Shown here: in pieces, positions 10,801 to 21,051 of the stretch
How positions within the stretch are numbered: the stretch's first letter is position 1
How the letters are laid out: each line of letters starts with the position of its first letter
From: Chamaesiphon sp.
Lineage (GTDB): Bacteria > Cyanobacteriota > Cyanobacteriia > Cyanobacteriales > Chamaesiphonaceae
DNA: 64,000 bases
Assembly: GCA_965246715.1 (NCBI GenBank)
Contig: CBDFFH010000047.1
Span: forward strand, 32,001 to 96,000
Direction: 5' to 3'
Made by a program: the position numbers and the translations under genes
The notes under the pieces: model-generated
Told to the model about the DNA's origin: nothing
The model's input: only the letters and a program-made list of their open reading frames with translations
Database searches by the model: none

Positions 10801-12096
10801 TTAGTCGATCTGGCTTTTCTTGAAATTGTTTTCCTGCCGAGGACTAATTCCTGCATATTTAGCAACAAGAAACATGACACTAGACTGAAAAACAAGCTGT
10901 TGGAGAAATACCCCAATGGCATGTGTGATTCCGAGCATTGCTGGACCAACTATCCCGATATAAAATAAAGCACTAAAAACACTCTGTCTCGACAACATCG
11001 ATATCCACAGTGTTTTGAAAAACCGTCCCAACCCCCAAAATATCAAGCAGCCAAAATAACCAAATTCTGCAAATGAATCACCTAAGCCAGTATATGTCGA
11101 ACCGTTAGGTGCTGCATAGCCATACAGTGCTTGTAAATCGACACTCGATCCAAGTTGAAGCGATTTTTTTACATCAAATCCGACGAGCTGTCCAGGCACA
11201 TACTGAAAAACAATACTATTCCAAAAGCCAGTACCTAAACCATAATTATGAGTAAGATCTACCCCATTTATGACTAATGCAGCATTTCTCAGTTCTAAAA
11301 TATCATCTTTTTTGACTCCTGCCAACTTCGATTGAGAAGTGTCTATCAATGCTTGTAAATCTCCACTAAATAGCAAAGTCCAGAAATCTCCTCTTAATGC
11401 ACCTAGTAATGGAATGACAAAAACTGCTCCAATTATAGCTGCAATAAATATCCATCTTGGAGGAATATACTTTTTCGTCAAGTAATATGCAATGCCGACA
11501 GTAATTAATAATGTTATCGTTTGCGTTCTGCGTCCGGATACAATAATTGTTTGCAATATAGGTATAGCAGACACTATTGTCATAATAATATTACTAAAAT
11601 TAGGCTTAATCAATGCGCTCAATAAAAATATCGGCAGTGCAACAAAGAGAAGACCGCTGAAAAAGACAAGAATAGTTGCTGGCCCAGTCCAATTATTATT
11701 GATTGCCGATCTTTGGATTTCGATCTTTGTTAGTAGAAATTGGCAAGTATATCCGATCGACATCAACAAGCAGCCAATTTGAAATAACTTGTTTTTATTC
11801 AAATCGATATCTAGTTTCGACAGCCATTTCTCTTCTGGTTGGTACTGCTGATATCCGAGCCAACACATTGCCGCACACATACATGCGTACAACATTACTT
11901 TTTCTAATCCCCCTTCAGTAATACTAGATACAGTAGTTTGTTTTTCGATTAGGGTAGCAGCTTGAGGTAGGATAAATGAGACAAAAATAGCTGCCATGAA
12001 AAAAGGATATTGATAAACCCTTTCTAAGCGAATCAGCCCCCAGCCCAACATGCCGATGCAAATCAGAATAAAACAGTAGTAGTAAATTTCAGCCAT
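10801..12096 (-). CDS. Putative polysaccharide polymerase (Wzy-like membrane protein)
   Basis: About 10 TM segments, GRR motif, large periplasmic loop, located among GT genes. Confidence 0.6.
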   Translation of the reverse strand: MAEIYYYCFILICIGMLGWGLIRLERVYQYPFFMAAIFVSFILPQAATLIEKQTTVSSITEGGLEKVMLYACMCAAMCWLGYQQYQPEEKWLSKLDIDLNKNKLFQIGCLLMSIGYTCQFLLTKIEIQRSAINNNWTGPATILVFFSGLLFVALPIFLLSALIKPNFSNIIMTIVSAIPILQTIIVSGRRTQTITLLITVGIAYYLTKKYIPPRWIFIAAIIGAVFVIPLLGALRGDFWTLLFSGDLQALIDTSQSKLAGVKKDDILELRNAALVINGVDLTHNYGLGTGFWNSIVFQYVPGQLVGFDVKKSLQLGSSVDLQALYGYAAPNGSTYTGLGDSFAEFGYFGCLIFWGLGRFFKTLWISMLSRQSVFSALFYIGIVGPAMLGITHAIGVFLQQLVFQSSVMFLVAKYAGISPRQENNFKKSQID

Positions 12097-12099
12097 TAT

Positions 12100-13236
12100 T
12101 TATATTCGATCGCTAAAAATAGTCTCTTTGTATAGATTAGCTAAATTAAGAACATTTTTATCCCAATCATGATTGCTTTCTAGCAAAGAGCGTGCATTTT
12201 GATGATATCGATCCCACTGTTCCAATCGATCGACTGATTCAACAATTGTATCAGCCATAGCAGATATATCTCTATTTTGGATTACAGCACCAGTGCTGTG
12301 ATTTAGCAGCTCACCTACGCCACCAGTGCAAGCAAAGCCAACAACTGGGACTCTACAAGACATCGCTTCAGCAGCAACTAAACCAAATGGTTCGTAATGA
12401 GATGTCATACAGAAAACATCAAGCGCATGATAGGCACTAGTAGTTCGATTGACAGTTCCTGCAAAAACAACTCGGTCGGCAATATTTAATTCAGTAGCTA
12501 GGTTATGTAAATATTCTGAGTCTGGGCCAGAGCCAACCACCAACGCCCAAAACTTATCTGGCAATAGACTAATTACCCTCAGAAAATCATCAGTTCCTTT
12601 CATGACACAATGAAGACGACCTACATAGCCAACAATGAAGGCATTTTCAGGCAACCCAAACTGCTTTCTCGCAGCAAGCTTTTCCGCTGATGACGGAGGG
12701 TAAAACTGAGATCGATCGACTCCATTATAGATAACTTTTGTATTGGTATAGCTATAACCACCCTGTTTAACGTAGCTGCTACGAGTACTCTCTGTTATAC
12801 AAACTAACAAGTCAGTGGAGTGAAGTTGAACCCAAGCAGCAATATTTCCGCGATTAGGCCAGGTATTATCACTCGTCGCATCCAGATGAGCATGAGCAAA
12901 CTTCAAAACACCAGGATGGAAGAAGGTCAACAACTGAGTCCACAACAATCCATCATGATGATGGATAAAATCGGGCTGAAACTCGTGCATAAAGCTAACT
13001 AATCGGCCAAAATTTAAAGCGTCGCGCGAGTTGGCGATGTTGAGATAGTGAGCGCGATCTCCTAACTCACTCCCAAAAAATCCAGGCTGACCGTAGAGAA
13101 ACAGGCAATGGGCATCGATATCATAATCGTGCAACCTTTTTACATACTCAACTGCAACACGAGCTGCACCACCTGTAGCAGCATCATCTCGTTGGCAAAT
13201 ATGGAGGACTTTTAAATCTTTTGATGAGCTAACCAT
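12100..13236 (-). CDS. Glycosyltransferase family 4
   Basis: GGAARV, YVGRL...KG, EPFGLVAAEAM. Start moved to ATG 13236, which has an upstream GGAGG. Confidence 0.88.
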   Translation of the reverse strand: MVSSSKDLKVLHICQRDDAATGGAARVAVEYVKRLHDYDIDAHCLFLYGQPGFFGSELGDRAHYLNIANSRDALNFGRLVSFMHEFQPDFIHHHDGLLWTQLLTFFHPGVLKFAHAHLDATSDNTWPNRGNIAAWVQLHSTDLLVCITESTRSSYVKQGGYSYTNTKVIYNGVDRSQFYPPSSAEKLAARKQFGLPENAFIVGYVGRLHCVMKGTDDFLRVISLLPDKFWALVVGSGPDSEYLHNLATELNIADRVVFAGTVNRTTSAYHALDVFCMTSHYEPFGLVAAEAMSCRVPVVGFACTGGVGELLNHSTGAVIQNRDISAMADTIVESVDRLEQWDRYHQNARSLLESNHDWDKNVLNLANLYKETIFSDRI

Positions 13237-14396
13237 CCTTTTTCCTCCAGCACCTGTTGAAGTTTTCGAGCTTGTTGTTGCCAAGTATGCGACTGAGCTT
13301 CCTCTAATCTTTCATCCGATTTCCAGGTCGGATTTGCTAAGGCAAACCTCACATTTGCAGCAAACTCCGCAGGATCTTTGGAAATCAGAATTAAATGACT
13401 CCATTGATTGACTTCTGGGACAACATCATTAGCCACGATCGGCAACGATATACTCATATAGTCCCAGAGCTTCATCGGACAAGCATTTAAATTAAAATCA
13501 CAGTGAGAATATGGCATTAAAAGCACATCGAATGATTGCAAATACTCGCCGACAAGGTGATGGGGAACAGAATCGACAAAATGAATGTTGGGTAAATTTT
13601 GAGCTACTTCTACACCCTCCCACCATGCTCGATCGCCATCAGTTGGCTGAGGAAGTTGTCCTCCTAAAATAATAGTCACATCTGGTAACTGATTTGCCAC
13701 TTCTACTAAATAACGGAAATCAAATCGATAGTTTAAGGCACCAATATATCCGATAATAGGGTGAGCATAATCTTTGAGTCGATCGGGTAGCGGATTTGGT
13801 TGCGTGAGGGGTGCATCGACCATGAAATTTGGCGAACAACCATGTGGAATATGTATAATGCGATCGAGTCGATCGGGATATGCTTGTTTCAATAGATTCG
13901 ATCGATATTCAGCAACACATAATGTAATGTCTGCACTAGCAATAGCAAGTTTTTCGGTTGTCTGAGTTAGTAATTCACGACCTGACCAGTAGTTACGGTA
14001 GTCGTCCATACTGTAATAAATCGAGTAACCCTTTAGCTCATTTACCAAACTATAGTAATACGGATAGTTGAATGCAAAAATAACTCGATCTTCGTCACCT
14101 TGAAACTGACGAATTAGATAAGTCAAGCAGCGACGGGTCAAAGGCCAAGTATGAAACAACCAGCCTGGAGGACAACAGATCCGTTGTTCCCAGACTCCTG
14201 GCGAAATTAATTGGGGCTGAAGATCGATAAAATAGCCACCATATCGCTTTTTAAATGTGCGAAAATCAACTGGTCGAAGTAGTAGCACATCTGCAAATTC
14301 ACTACAGGCAGAAAACAGTTGCTCTGTCCAATAGAAATTGGCATCTAAGACAACGAGCTTTAACCGAGTGGAGTGGCTGTTAATAAATTTCATCAA
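13212..14396 (-). CDS. Glycosyltransferase (GT-B, TuaH-like)
   Basis: YYSMDDY, IGYIGAL, PMKLWDYM..LPIV. Confidence 0.85.
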   Translation of the reverse strand: MMKFINSHSTRLKLVVLDANFYWTEQLFSACSEFADVLLLRPVDFRTFKKRYGGYFIDLQPQLISPGVWEQRICCPPGWLFHTWPLTRRCLTYLIRQFQGDEDRVIFAFNYPYYYSLVNELKGYSIYYSMDDYRNYWSGRELLTQTTEKLAIASADITLCVAEYRSNLLKQAYPDRLDRIIHIPHGCSPNFMVDAPLTQPNPLPDRLKDYAHPIIGYIGALNYRFDFRYLVEVANQLPDVTIILGGQLPQPTDGDRAWWEGVEVAQNLPNIHFVDSVPHHLVGEYLQSFDVLLMPYSHCDFNLNACPMKLWDYMSISLPIVANDVVPEVNQWSHLILISKDPAEFAANVRFALANPTWKSDERLEEAQSHTWQQQARKLQQVLEEKGWLAHQKI

Positions 14397-14471
14397 TGAA
14401 TTGATACCAAACTAAGGTTTACGAGCCATCACGCACAAATGATTACCTCGAAGCCGGAAGAGTTAGTGGAT

Positions 14472-14534
14472 AAGTTTTCGAGCTTGTTGTTGGTAAAGGT
14501 GCAACCGAGCTGCCTCTGATTTTCCACCCGATTT
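14472..14534 (-). pseudogene. 63-bp relic homologous to the 3' end of the adjacent GT gene (13260-13322)
   Basis: Gap-free alignment; 12 mismatches in 63 bp by hand count. Confidence 0.7.
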
Positions 14535-14559
14535 TTATTTTTTAATAGAGCTTAGCTTA

Positions 14560-15357
14560 CTACTGTATACGACCATAGATAGCATCGCCAGCCAAAGAAC
14601 GACCATCATGACAATAAGAAGGAACGATGTTTCTCAGGCAAAACCCTAGATCCACAAGCATTTCATGAAGTTCTGAAAATAGACTTTCTCCCTCATACAA
14701 AGGAACAAAATTAATTTCTATAATAAGATATTTTGTTTTACTGAGAGTGTTTTTTGCTCCCTTCAAAACCTTTTTCTCGTAACCCTGAACATCAATTTTT
14801 AACAAAGAAATTTCAGGCATTTCATTAAGCAAGCTGTCTAGTGTATCAACATCAACTTCCACTGTTTCAACAACTTTACTCAAGCCATGAAAATTATCTT
14901 GTAGCTCATCCTTTACCTTTGAAATAGAATTGAATTCTTGGTTGAAGGTCAAACTAAATTCTGTCTTTCCCTTCATATCACTGACAGCTACACTCAAAAC
15001 TCGAACATTAGAAAGATTACAAAACTTCTGTTGTAGAAGTGGCTGAAGCACTGGTGATGGTTCGATAACAACTAATTTTTTTGGCTGACAAAGCGATAAT
15101 ATACTCGAACTCCATTTACCTTCATGAGCGCCGACATCGACTACATACTCTAAGTTGGGAATACTACCACCTGCTAGATGCTGAAGATGACAAAATCTTA
15201 AAGCTGCTACTTTGCTTGGAGACAAGGCATATTTTAATGCAGTGTTACTTTCGATCCCCAAACGAAAAAAGTCTTTATAAGCTCTACGAGAATTGATAAC
15301 GCCATGAGGTAGTAGTGCTTGAACTAAACCGATCGCTCTCATTTTTAGATTAGACAT
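14560..15357 (-). CDS. FkbM-family methyltransferase
   Basis: VDVGAHEG, IEPS, LLKIDVQGYE. Confidence 0.9.
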   Translation of the reverse strand: MSNLKMRAIGLVQALLPHGVINSRRAYKDFFRLGIESNTALKYALSPSKVAALRFCHLQHLAGGSIPNLEYVVDVGAHEGKWSSSILSLCQPKKLVVIEPSPVLQPLLQQKFCNLSNVRVLSVAVSDMKGKTEFSLTFNQEFNSISKVKDELQDNFHGLSKVVETVEVDVDTLDSLLNEMPEISLLKIDVQGYEKKVLKGAKNTLSKTKYLIIEINFVPLYEGESLFSELHEMLVDLGFCLRNIVPSYCHDGRSLAGDAIYGRIQ

Positions 15358-16621
15358 AATTTGCTTGATTTTCTTTAAGGTCTATGGCTTCTTGATAAGC
15401 TTTAAGATATGCTTCTGCGTGGGCTGCTAAAGAAAATTCTTTTTGGATAATTTCATAGTTGATTATCACAGTTCGGTCGTAAATTTCATCATAGTTATCT
15501 AAAAGCTCTATGATTATATCTGACATTTGCACTGGAGTATCAGCAATCAACAAACCTTGTTTTTGCTTTTCATTAAATCCTTCTGCACCGATCGATGTTG
15601 TCACAACTGGAATTCCCCAAGCCATGCATTCAATCACTTTAGTTTTAATACCACTACCAAGACGATAGGGAAAGCAACATAGCCTTACTCCTTTGAGAAA
15701 ATTGTGAATATCATCAACATTCTCTATTGTTTCGATCCAGTCATACTTAGAAGGTAATAACAGTATTTCTGCTGGTATGTCAATGCCTGTGATTCTCAAG
15801 ACAGTATCTGGTTTTTTCTTGAGAACTTCTGGCATGACTTTTTCAATTAGTATCTTTAATGCATCTAAATTCCAAGCCCCTCCTAGATAGCCATAAAAGC
15901 CAACAACATTGCTTTGTGAATTAGCCTCGTCTAATACAGAAACATTTGTTTTTTCATCCAACTCTATTGTAGCGGGTGATTGACGAATTTTAGCATTAGG
16001 ACATAATCTATTCAGCATAGAAACATCTCCTGTAGACATAACCGTGAATATACCGTCTGCAACGAATTTATTTAATAAATCTTGTTCGATTCTTAGTGTG
16101 CTAATGAGATAAATTAATGCTCTTGGGAATTCAACAATACGAGATGCAAGGCGATATTTGATTTCACGTAATCTATGCCTTGTTGAAGAATCAAAATAGT
16201 CAAAAACAACTGGGACTGGAGGATTTCTCGGAAATGCGAGTGCAGTTTCAATGCGAAAACAATGTATTACGTCAATATTCTGTTCATCACAAATAAATTT
16301 TATGTTTTCATAAAATATATTACAACTCTGCTCAAGTAAACTAGCAGGTTGTTTAGAAACAATAGCCTTTATTTTGTGAGAAGCATAATAAAAAAATTGT
16401 TCTGGTATTATATGAACACCCAAACTAAATAAGCCAGAAGAGATGAATCTTTCATTTAATAAATCAGCTTTGTCGGGATCGGCACAAACTACGCAGCCTA
16501 ATTGATGTCCAGATGCTTGTAATGTATTAAATAAACGTTTAGCAAGATTGCCAAATCCACTATTGTCAAATGGATCGAGTACAGAAACCAATAAAATTCT
16601 CATTTGTATTCTACATCTCAA
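15350..16621 (-). CDS. Glycosyltransferase family 4
   Basis: GSGIKTKVIECMAWGIPVVTT. Confidence 0.85.
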   Translation of the reverse strand: MRCRIQMRILLVSVLDPFDNSGFGNLAKRLFNTLQASGHQLGCVVCADPDKADLLNERFISSGLFSLGVHIIPEQFFYYASHKIKAIVSKQPASLLEQSCNIFYENIKFICDEQNIDVIHCFRIETALAFPRNPPVPVVFDYFDSSTRHRLREIKYRLASRIVEFPRALIYLISTLRIEQDLLNKFVADGIFTVMSTGDVSMLNRLCPNAKIRQSPATIELDEKTNVSVLDEANSQSNVVGFYGYLGGAWNLDALKILIEKVMPEVLKKKPDTVLRITGIDIPAEILLLPSKYDWIETIENVDDIHNFLKGVRLCCFPYRLGSGIKTKVIECMAWGIPVVTTSIGAEGFNEKQKQGLLIADTPVQMSDIIIELLDNYDEIYDRTVIINYEIIQKEFSLAAHAEAYLKAYQEAIDLKENQANYV

Positions 16622-16653
16622 AAGCTAGTGGTGGTTGTAATTTTCAAAAAGCT

Positions 16654-17859
16654 TTAAAAAGAATTTATACTTGACAATAAGCGTTCTGTATATTTCTCTA
16701 GCGTATAGTTTTTTGCACGTTCTTTTGCTGCAATAGCCATACGATCTCGCAGAGATCTATTTTCTACTAATTCTTCAATTCGTGCTGCCAATTCATCAGC
16801 ATTACGATCGGGTATGATAAATCCTTCAATGCCATCTCTAACAACCGAACCCGATCCCTCGGTTGTTATTACTGGCAATCCTGCTGCCAATGCTTGATAG
16901 ATTACTTCTGCCGAACCTTCGGCAAGACTCGGCAGTACAAAAATATCTGCACTAACAAATTCATTTTTAATATCTGAACGAGGAACTCGTCCTAAGAATT
17001 TGAGTTGTTTAGTCAGATGATGTTTACTAATTTTCTCTGAGAATGTACCTGCTACTCTAAACTCATATTCACAGTGGGCTAGCTTTTGAGCAGCCATGCC
17101 TAATATGTGAATTCCTTTTCTTAGTTCTGCTGTCCCAGCGAATAGAATCCGTCCCTTTTTAGGTTGATTATTGAGATTTAACCATAACTTATCGACCGCA
17201 TATGGCACTATACAGCACCGATTTATGTTAACTCCAAATTCTTGTAGCCCATTGATTACAAATTGCGAAGGTGAAATAAACAATTGTGTTAGTTTACACA
17301 CCTCATGTGAATATGCTTCATATTTTGCCAGAAAATCAGCAGTAAATGGGGGTTCTATCTCTGGATAAATACTTCTTTCCGCTTGAATTATACGATGGCT
17401 AATCGGAGATATATAAATTTCTGTAACTATCTTAACACCTCGCTCATTAGCAAATTTTATAAAATCTATTCCCTCACCAAACATCGAAAAAAGATGAGTT
17501 GCATTACACAATCCTTTGCGGATCATAGCATTGCTAAACTCATGATTAAAATGCTCGATCGCTTCATTTGTCTTGATTAAATTATTTCCAGCTAACTTGT
17601 TCCGAGCCAAGTACCGGAGCGCAGTGCTATCGAAGGTATGTACCTTATCCTTTAGCTCAGATGGGACGCGGCGATTCAAAAGATTGTTTAGCTGACCTTT
17701 TCTCAGAAACTGAGGACAAAATTTATCTAGTACTTCACCAATACCAGCGTCAGCACAAATGTCCGTGTATAGTGCCTCCAGTATACCAGCCTTCGCTAGA
17801 ATAGCTGGTACTGTATAATTTCGTCTTGCTCCAGTTTGAACTGCAATAAATCGCATCAT
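16654..17859 (-). CDS. Glycosyltransferase family 4
   Basis: GARRNY, LRKGIH, PSLAEGSA..YQALAAGLPVIT. Confidence 0.9.
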   Translation of the reverse strand: MMRFIAVQTGARRNYTVPAILAKAGILEALYTDICADAGIGEVLDKFCPQFLRKGQLNNLLNRRVPSELKDKVHTFDSTALRYLARNKLAGNNLIKTNEAIEHFNHEFSNAMIRKGLCNATHLFSMFGEGIDFIKFANERGVKIVTEIYISPISHRIIQAERSIYPEIEPPFTADFLAKYEAYSHEVCKLTQLFISPSQFVINGLQEFGVNINRCCIVPYAVDKLWLNLNNQPKKGRILFAGTAELRKGIHILGMAAQKLAHCEYEFRVAGTFSEKISKHHLTKQLKFLGRVPRSDIKNEFVSADIFVLPSLAEGSAEVIYQALAAGLPVITTEGSGSVVRDGIEGFIIPDRNADELAARIEELVENRSLRDRMAIAAKERAKNYTLEKYTERLLSSINSF

Positions 17860-17908
17860 TTTAGAATATTCTCTGAAAATACTTTACTAGGAAGGTAAAT
17901 CATTCTCA

Positions 17909-19711
17909 TTAATCGATAGACGATTGAGATTTATATAAAGTCCAATACTTTCCCTTGAGTGCCAGCAGCTCTTGGTGATTTCCTTGTTCGACAATCGTAC
18001 CACGATCTAAGACGACTATCCAATCGGCTCGTTCGATCGTCGATAGTCGATGAGCGATCGAAATCGTCGTTCGACCATAGCTAATTTTTTCAATTGCTTG
18101 CTGCACGATCTGTTCTGAAGTCGAATCCAATGCACTAGTTGCTTCATCTAAAATCAGCAGATCTGGATTACATAAAATCGCTCTAGCGATCGCGATCCGT
18201 TGTCGCTGACCACCTGAAAGCATCGTACCACGGTTACCAACCACGGTCTCAAAACCTTGCGGCAATTGTTCGATAAATTCATCAGCATAAGCTTGTTTGG
18301 CGGCTGCAAAAACTTCTGTGTCTGTTGCATCGGGACGACCATAAGCAATATTTTCACGAATAGACTCGTTAAACAGAAAGTTATCTTGACTGACAACAGC
18401 AATCGATCTGCGCCAAGAGCCAATATTTAATTCTCGCAGATCGATACCGTCAGCTTTAATACTCCCCCGATCGGGATCGTAAAAGCGCATTACTAAATCG
18501 ACTAATGTAGACTTACCACTACCTGATGAACCAACTAATGCTGTTGTCGTTCCTTTAGGCAGACGAAGACTGATATTATCCAGAGCTGGTTTCGAGCTAT
18601 TCGGAAAACTAAAGGTTAGATTCTCAAGCAGCAGATCGGAGTTTAAACCTTGGTAAGATTCCCGACCATTTACTAGTCTTAATCTAGCAGTTTCAGCTAA
18701 AAATCGTTCGATCGCTTTTAAACTACCCGATAACAAAGCAAGTTGAGAAATCAAGCTGTAGAGATGGGAGACTCTAGGCAAAGTTCTCAATAATGTTAAT
18801 GTATAGGTAAGTAATATTGGCAAAGTTGACTGTCCAGGAGTTGACAACAGCGTGGTTCCAGCAATCAGTATTAATAATAAAACTGAAATGCCTGCTGTCT
18901 CCGTGATTGGATTGACTGTAGCACTAAATCGGTAAGCTAATAATTCTGTCTGATGGAGGAGGCTCAGAGATTTTTGAGTACGTTTTAGTTCTCTTGTTTC
19001 TGAATTAAATGATTTGACAACTCTAATGCCACTAATAATCTCAGTAATTAGTGAAGCAAAGTTTTCAATCGCTCTTGCCGACTTATTTCCATGCAACTGA
19101 ACCGATCTGAGAATCAATCGCATCAACAACCCAACTATTAACAGACTGAATAATGTCAACAGAGTTAATAATGGTGACAGTAAAATTAAGAAAGATAGTA
19201 AAAAAGTAATTGAGATTACTTCTTTTACCACCTCAAGGTTATAACAGAATAGTTGCTCCGTTCTTTTTGCATGTTCGTTAACATAACTGAGAATTTCCCC
19301 CAAGCTAGTCTGAGTATAGAATGCTACATCCAACTCCATGAAACGTTCGATGCATTTTTGTCTAATAAAAACGCCACTTTTAAATGAAAAATCGTAAATA
19401 CTGACATTTGATAAGTAGTTGAATATATTTTTAATAACAGTCAAACCAAAAAACATTACTAAAATAATTAGCAATTGTGACTGCTTAGGTAAGTATGACT
19501 GAAAATTTAATATTTTCTGGAGAAATTCTGGTGTCTTGCTAGTTACAGAGATCGAATTATTCCCTAGTATTTGAGTCAGAGGCAGAGCCAATGAGTTAGT
19601 AAGTACTTCAAGTAATGAAAATAAATTTGCAAACAATAACGCGGTAAATGCTAGAGAACGATGATGCTTAATGAAATCGACTAAGAGTGAATCTGGCTTG
19701 CTTTTGAACAT
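17909..19711 (-). CDS. ABC transporter, fused permease/ATPase (HepA/MsbA-like)
   Basis: N-terminal TM domain; GSSGSGKST, LSGGQRQR, LDEATSALD, IAHRLST. Confidence 0.92.
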   Translation of the reverse strand: MFKSKPDSLLVDFIKHHRSLAFTALLFANLFSLLEVLTNSLALPLTQILGNNSISVTSKTPEFLQKILNFQSYLPKQSQLLIILVMFFGLTVIKNIFNYLSNVSIYDFSFKSGVFIRQKCIERFMELDVAFYTQTSLGEILSYVNEHAKRTEQLFCYNLEVVKEVISITFLLSFLILLSPLLTLLTLFSLLIVGLLMRLILRSVQLHGNKSARAIENFASLITEIISGIRVVKSFNSETRELKRTQKSLSLLHQTELLAYRFSATVNPITETAGISVLLLILIAGTTLLSTPGQSTLPILLTYTLTLLRTLPRVSHLYSLISQLALLSGSLKAIERFLAETARLRLVNGRESYQGLNSDLLLENLTFSFPNSSKPALDNISLRLPKGTTTALVGSSGSGKSTLVDLVMRFYDPDRGSIKADGIDLRELNIGSWRRSIAVVSQDNFLFNESIRENIAYGRPDATDTEVFAAAKQAYADEFIEQLPQGFETVVGNRGTMLSGGQRQRIAIARAILCNPDLLILDEATSALDSTSEQIVQQAIEKISYGRTTISIAHRLSTIERADWIVVLDRGTIVEQGNHQELLALKGKYWTLYKSQSSID

Positions 19712-19758
19712 TATGAGGTCGGCAGTCAGGGCTTAGTTTTGGTATGAGACAATACTTA

Positions 19759-19995
19759 ACGTGAGTTCGGGTTAAAGATGTCCACTTAATGACTCCTAGC
19801 TTCGTTTCTGAACCGCCCTCAAATGAATTAGTTGCTCATAGCAAAAGTTCTCTGAAGAGAACTGCCCAATTGATTAGTTCGTTTCAACGAACTTTTGCTA
19901 TTAGCCCGTTGGCGTAGCCTTTCGGAACGAAACACTTATAGTTCAGGGCGGTGCTTGAACGGAGCAGATCGATTTTCCTTATCCCGAACTCACGT
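19759..19995. mobile_element. MITE (IS982-like ends) carrying inverted REP-like hairpins
   Basis: tactta|ACGTGAGTTCGGG ... CCCGAACTCACGT|tactta: 13-bp perfect TIR and 6-bp direct repeat. Confidence 0.8.
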
Positions 19996-20061
19996 TACTT
20001 AACAATTGAAAAATAGAAAAGATGTACAGAAATATTTATTCTATAACGAACATCACTAATT

Positions 20062-21018
20062 TCAAGCTGTCCTTGCTGTACCCATCATTCGGACAACATC
20101 CTTCATTTTATATTTAGCTTCCCACTTTAATTGTATCTTAGCCTTACTTGGGTTCCCTCTACCTACTGCAAAATCTGTAGGTCTTAGCAAACTATCATCG
20201 GTTTCTACATACTCGCGCCAGTCCAAATTTACTATGGAAAAGGCTGTTGCCACAAAATCTTCTAATGAAGAACTTTCCCCCGTAGCAATTACATAATCAC
20301 TAGCTTGTGACTGTTGCAACATTAAATGCATTGCCTCTACATACTCAGGTGCCCAGCCCCAGTCTCGTTGGATTTTCATGTTACCCAAACGCAATTTTTC
20401 ATCACTGCCTCTGGAAATTCGGCAAGCAGCTGCTACAATTTTCTGTGTCACAAATCGCTCTGGACGCAATGGTGACTCGTGATTGAACAAAATTCCCGAA
20501 CAGGCAAACAAACCATAGGCTTCCCGATAATTAGCTACTTCCCAAAAAGCTGCTGCCTTTGCGACAGCGTATGGACTTCTGGGTCGAAAAGGTGTCTCTT
20601 CTTCAGCCGCAGTTCCGCCAGTATCGCCAAAACATTCACTGGAGCCAGCATTGTAAAGCTTAATTCCCGCACCTAGAAAGCGAATTGCTTCTAGTAAATT
20701 GAGCGAACCAGTTGCAATACTTTCTAGCGTCTCTACTGGCTGGTTAAAAGATAGCCCCACTGAAGTTTGACCTGCTAGATTATAAACTTCGTCTGGTTGA
20801 AATTTTTTTAGGACTTGCAAGACACTGCGAAAATCTGTCAAAGCCATCGACTCTAATTGCACCCGTTCTGCGATCCCCAAATACCTGAGATTACTAAAAC
20901 TAGACATCTGAGCATCTCGAGAAGTACCGCAGACCACATAGCCTCGATCGAGTAATAATTGAGCTAGATATGCTCCATCTTGACCAGAAATACCACAAAT
21001 AATTGCTCTTTTCATCAC
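20062..21018 (-). CDS. gmd: GDP-mannose 4,6-dehydratase family protein
   Basis: GISGQDGAYLA, RPRSPYAVAK, GILFNHESPLR, RDWGWA. Confidence 0.85.
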   Translation of the reverse strand: MMKRAIICGISGQDGAYLAQLLLDRGYVVCGTSRDAQMSSFSNLRYLGIAERVQLESMALTDFRSVLQVLKKFQPDEVYNLAGQTSVGLSFNQPVETLESIATGSLNLLEAIRFLGAGIKLYNAGSSECFGDTGGTAAEEETPFRPRSPYAVAKAAAFWEVANYREAYGLFACSGILFNHESPLRPERFVTQKIVAAACRISRGSDEKLRLGNMKIQRDWGWAPEYVEAMHLMLQQSQASDYVIATGESSSLEDFVATAFSIVNLDWREYVETDDSLLRPTDFAVGRGNPSKAKIQLKWEAKYKMKDVVRMMGTARTA

Positions 21019-21051
21019 ACTGATTATCGATACTTGAGTAAATCTAGACTA

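Noticed and set aside
17909..19711. HepA-like transporter as evidence of heterocyst formation
   Set aside because: Such ABC transporters are common in glycan clusters of non-heterocystous cyanobacteria.
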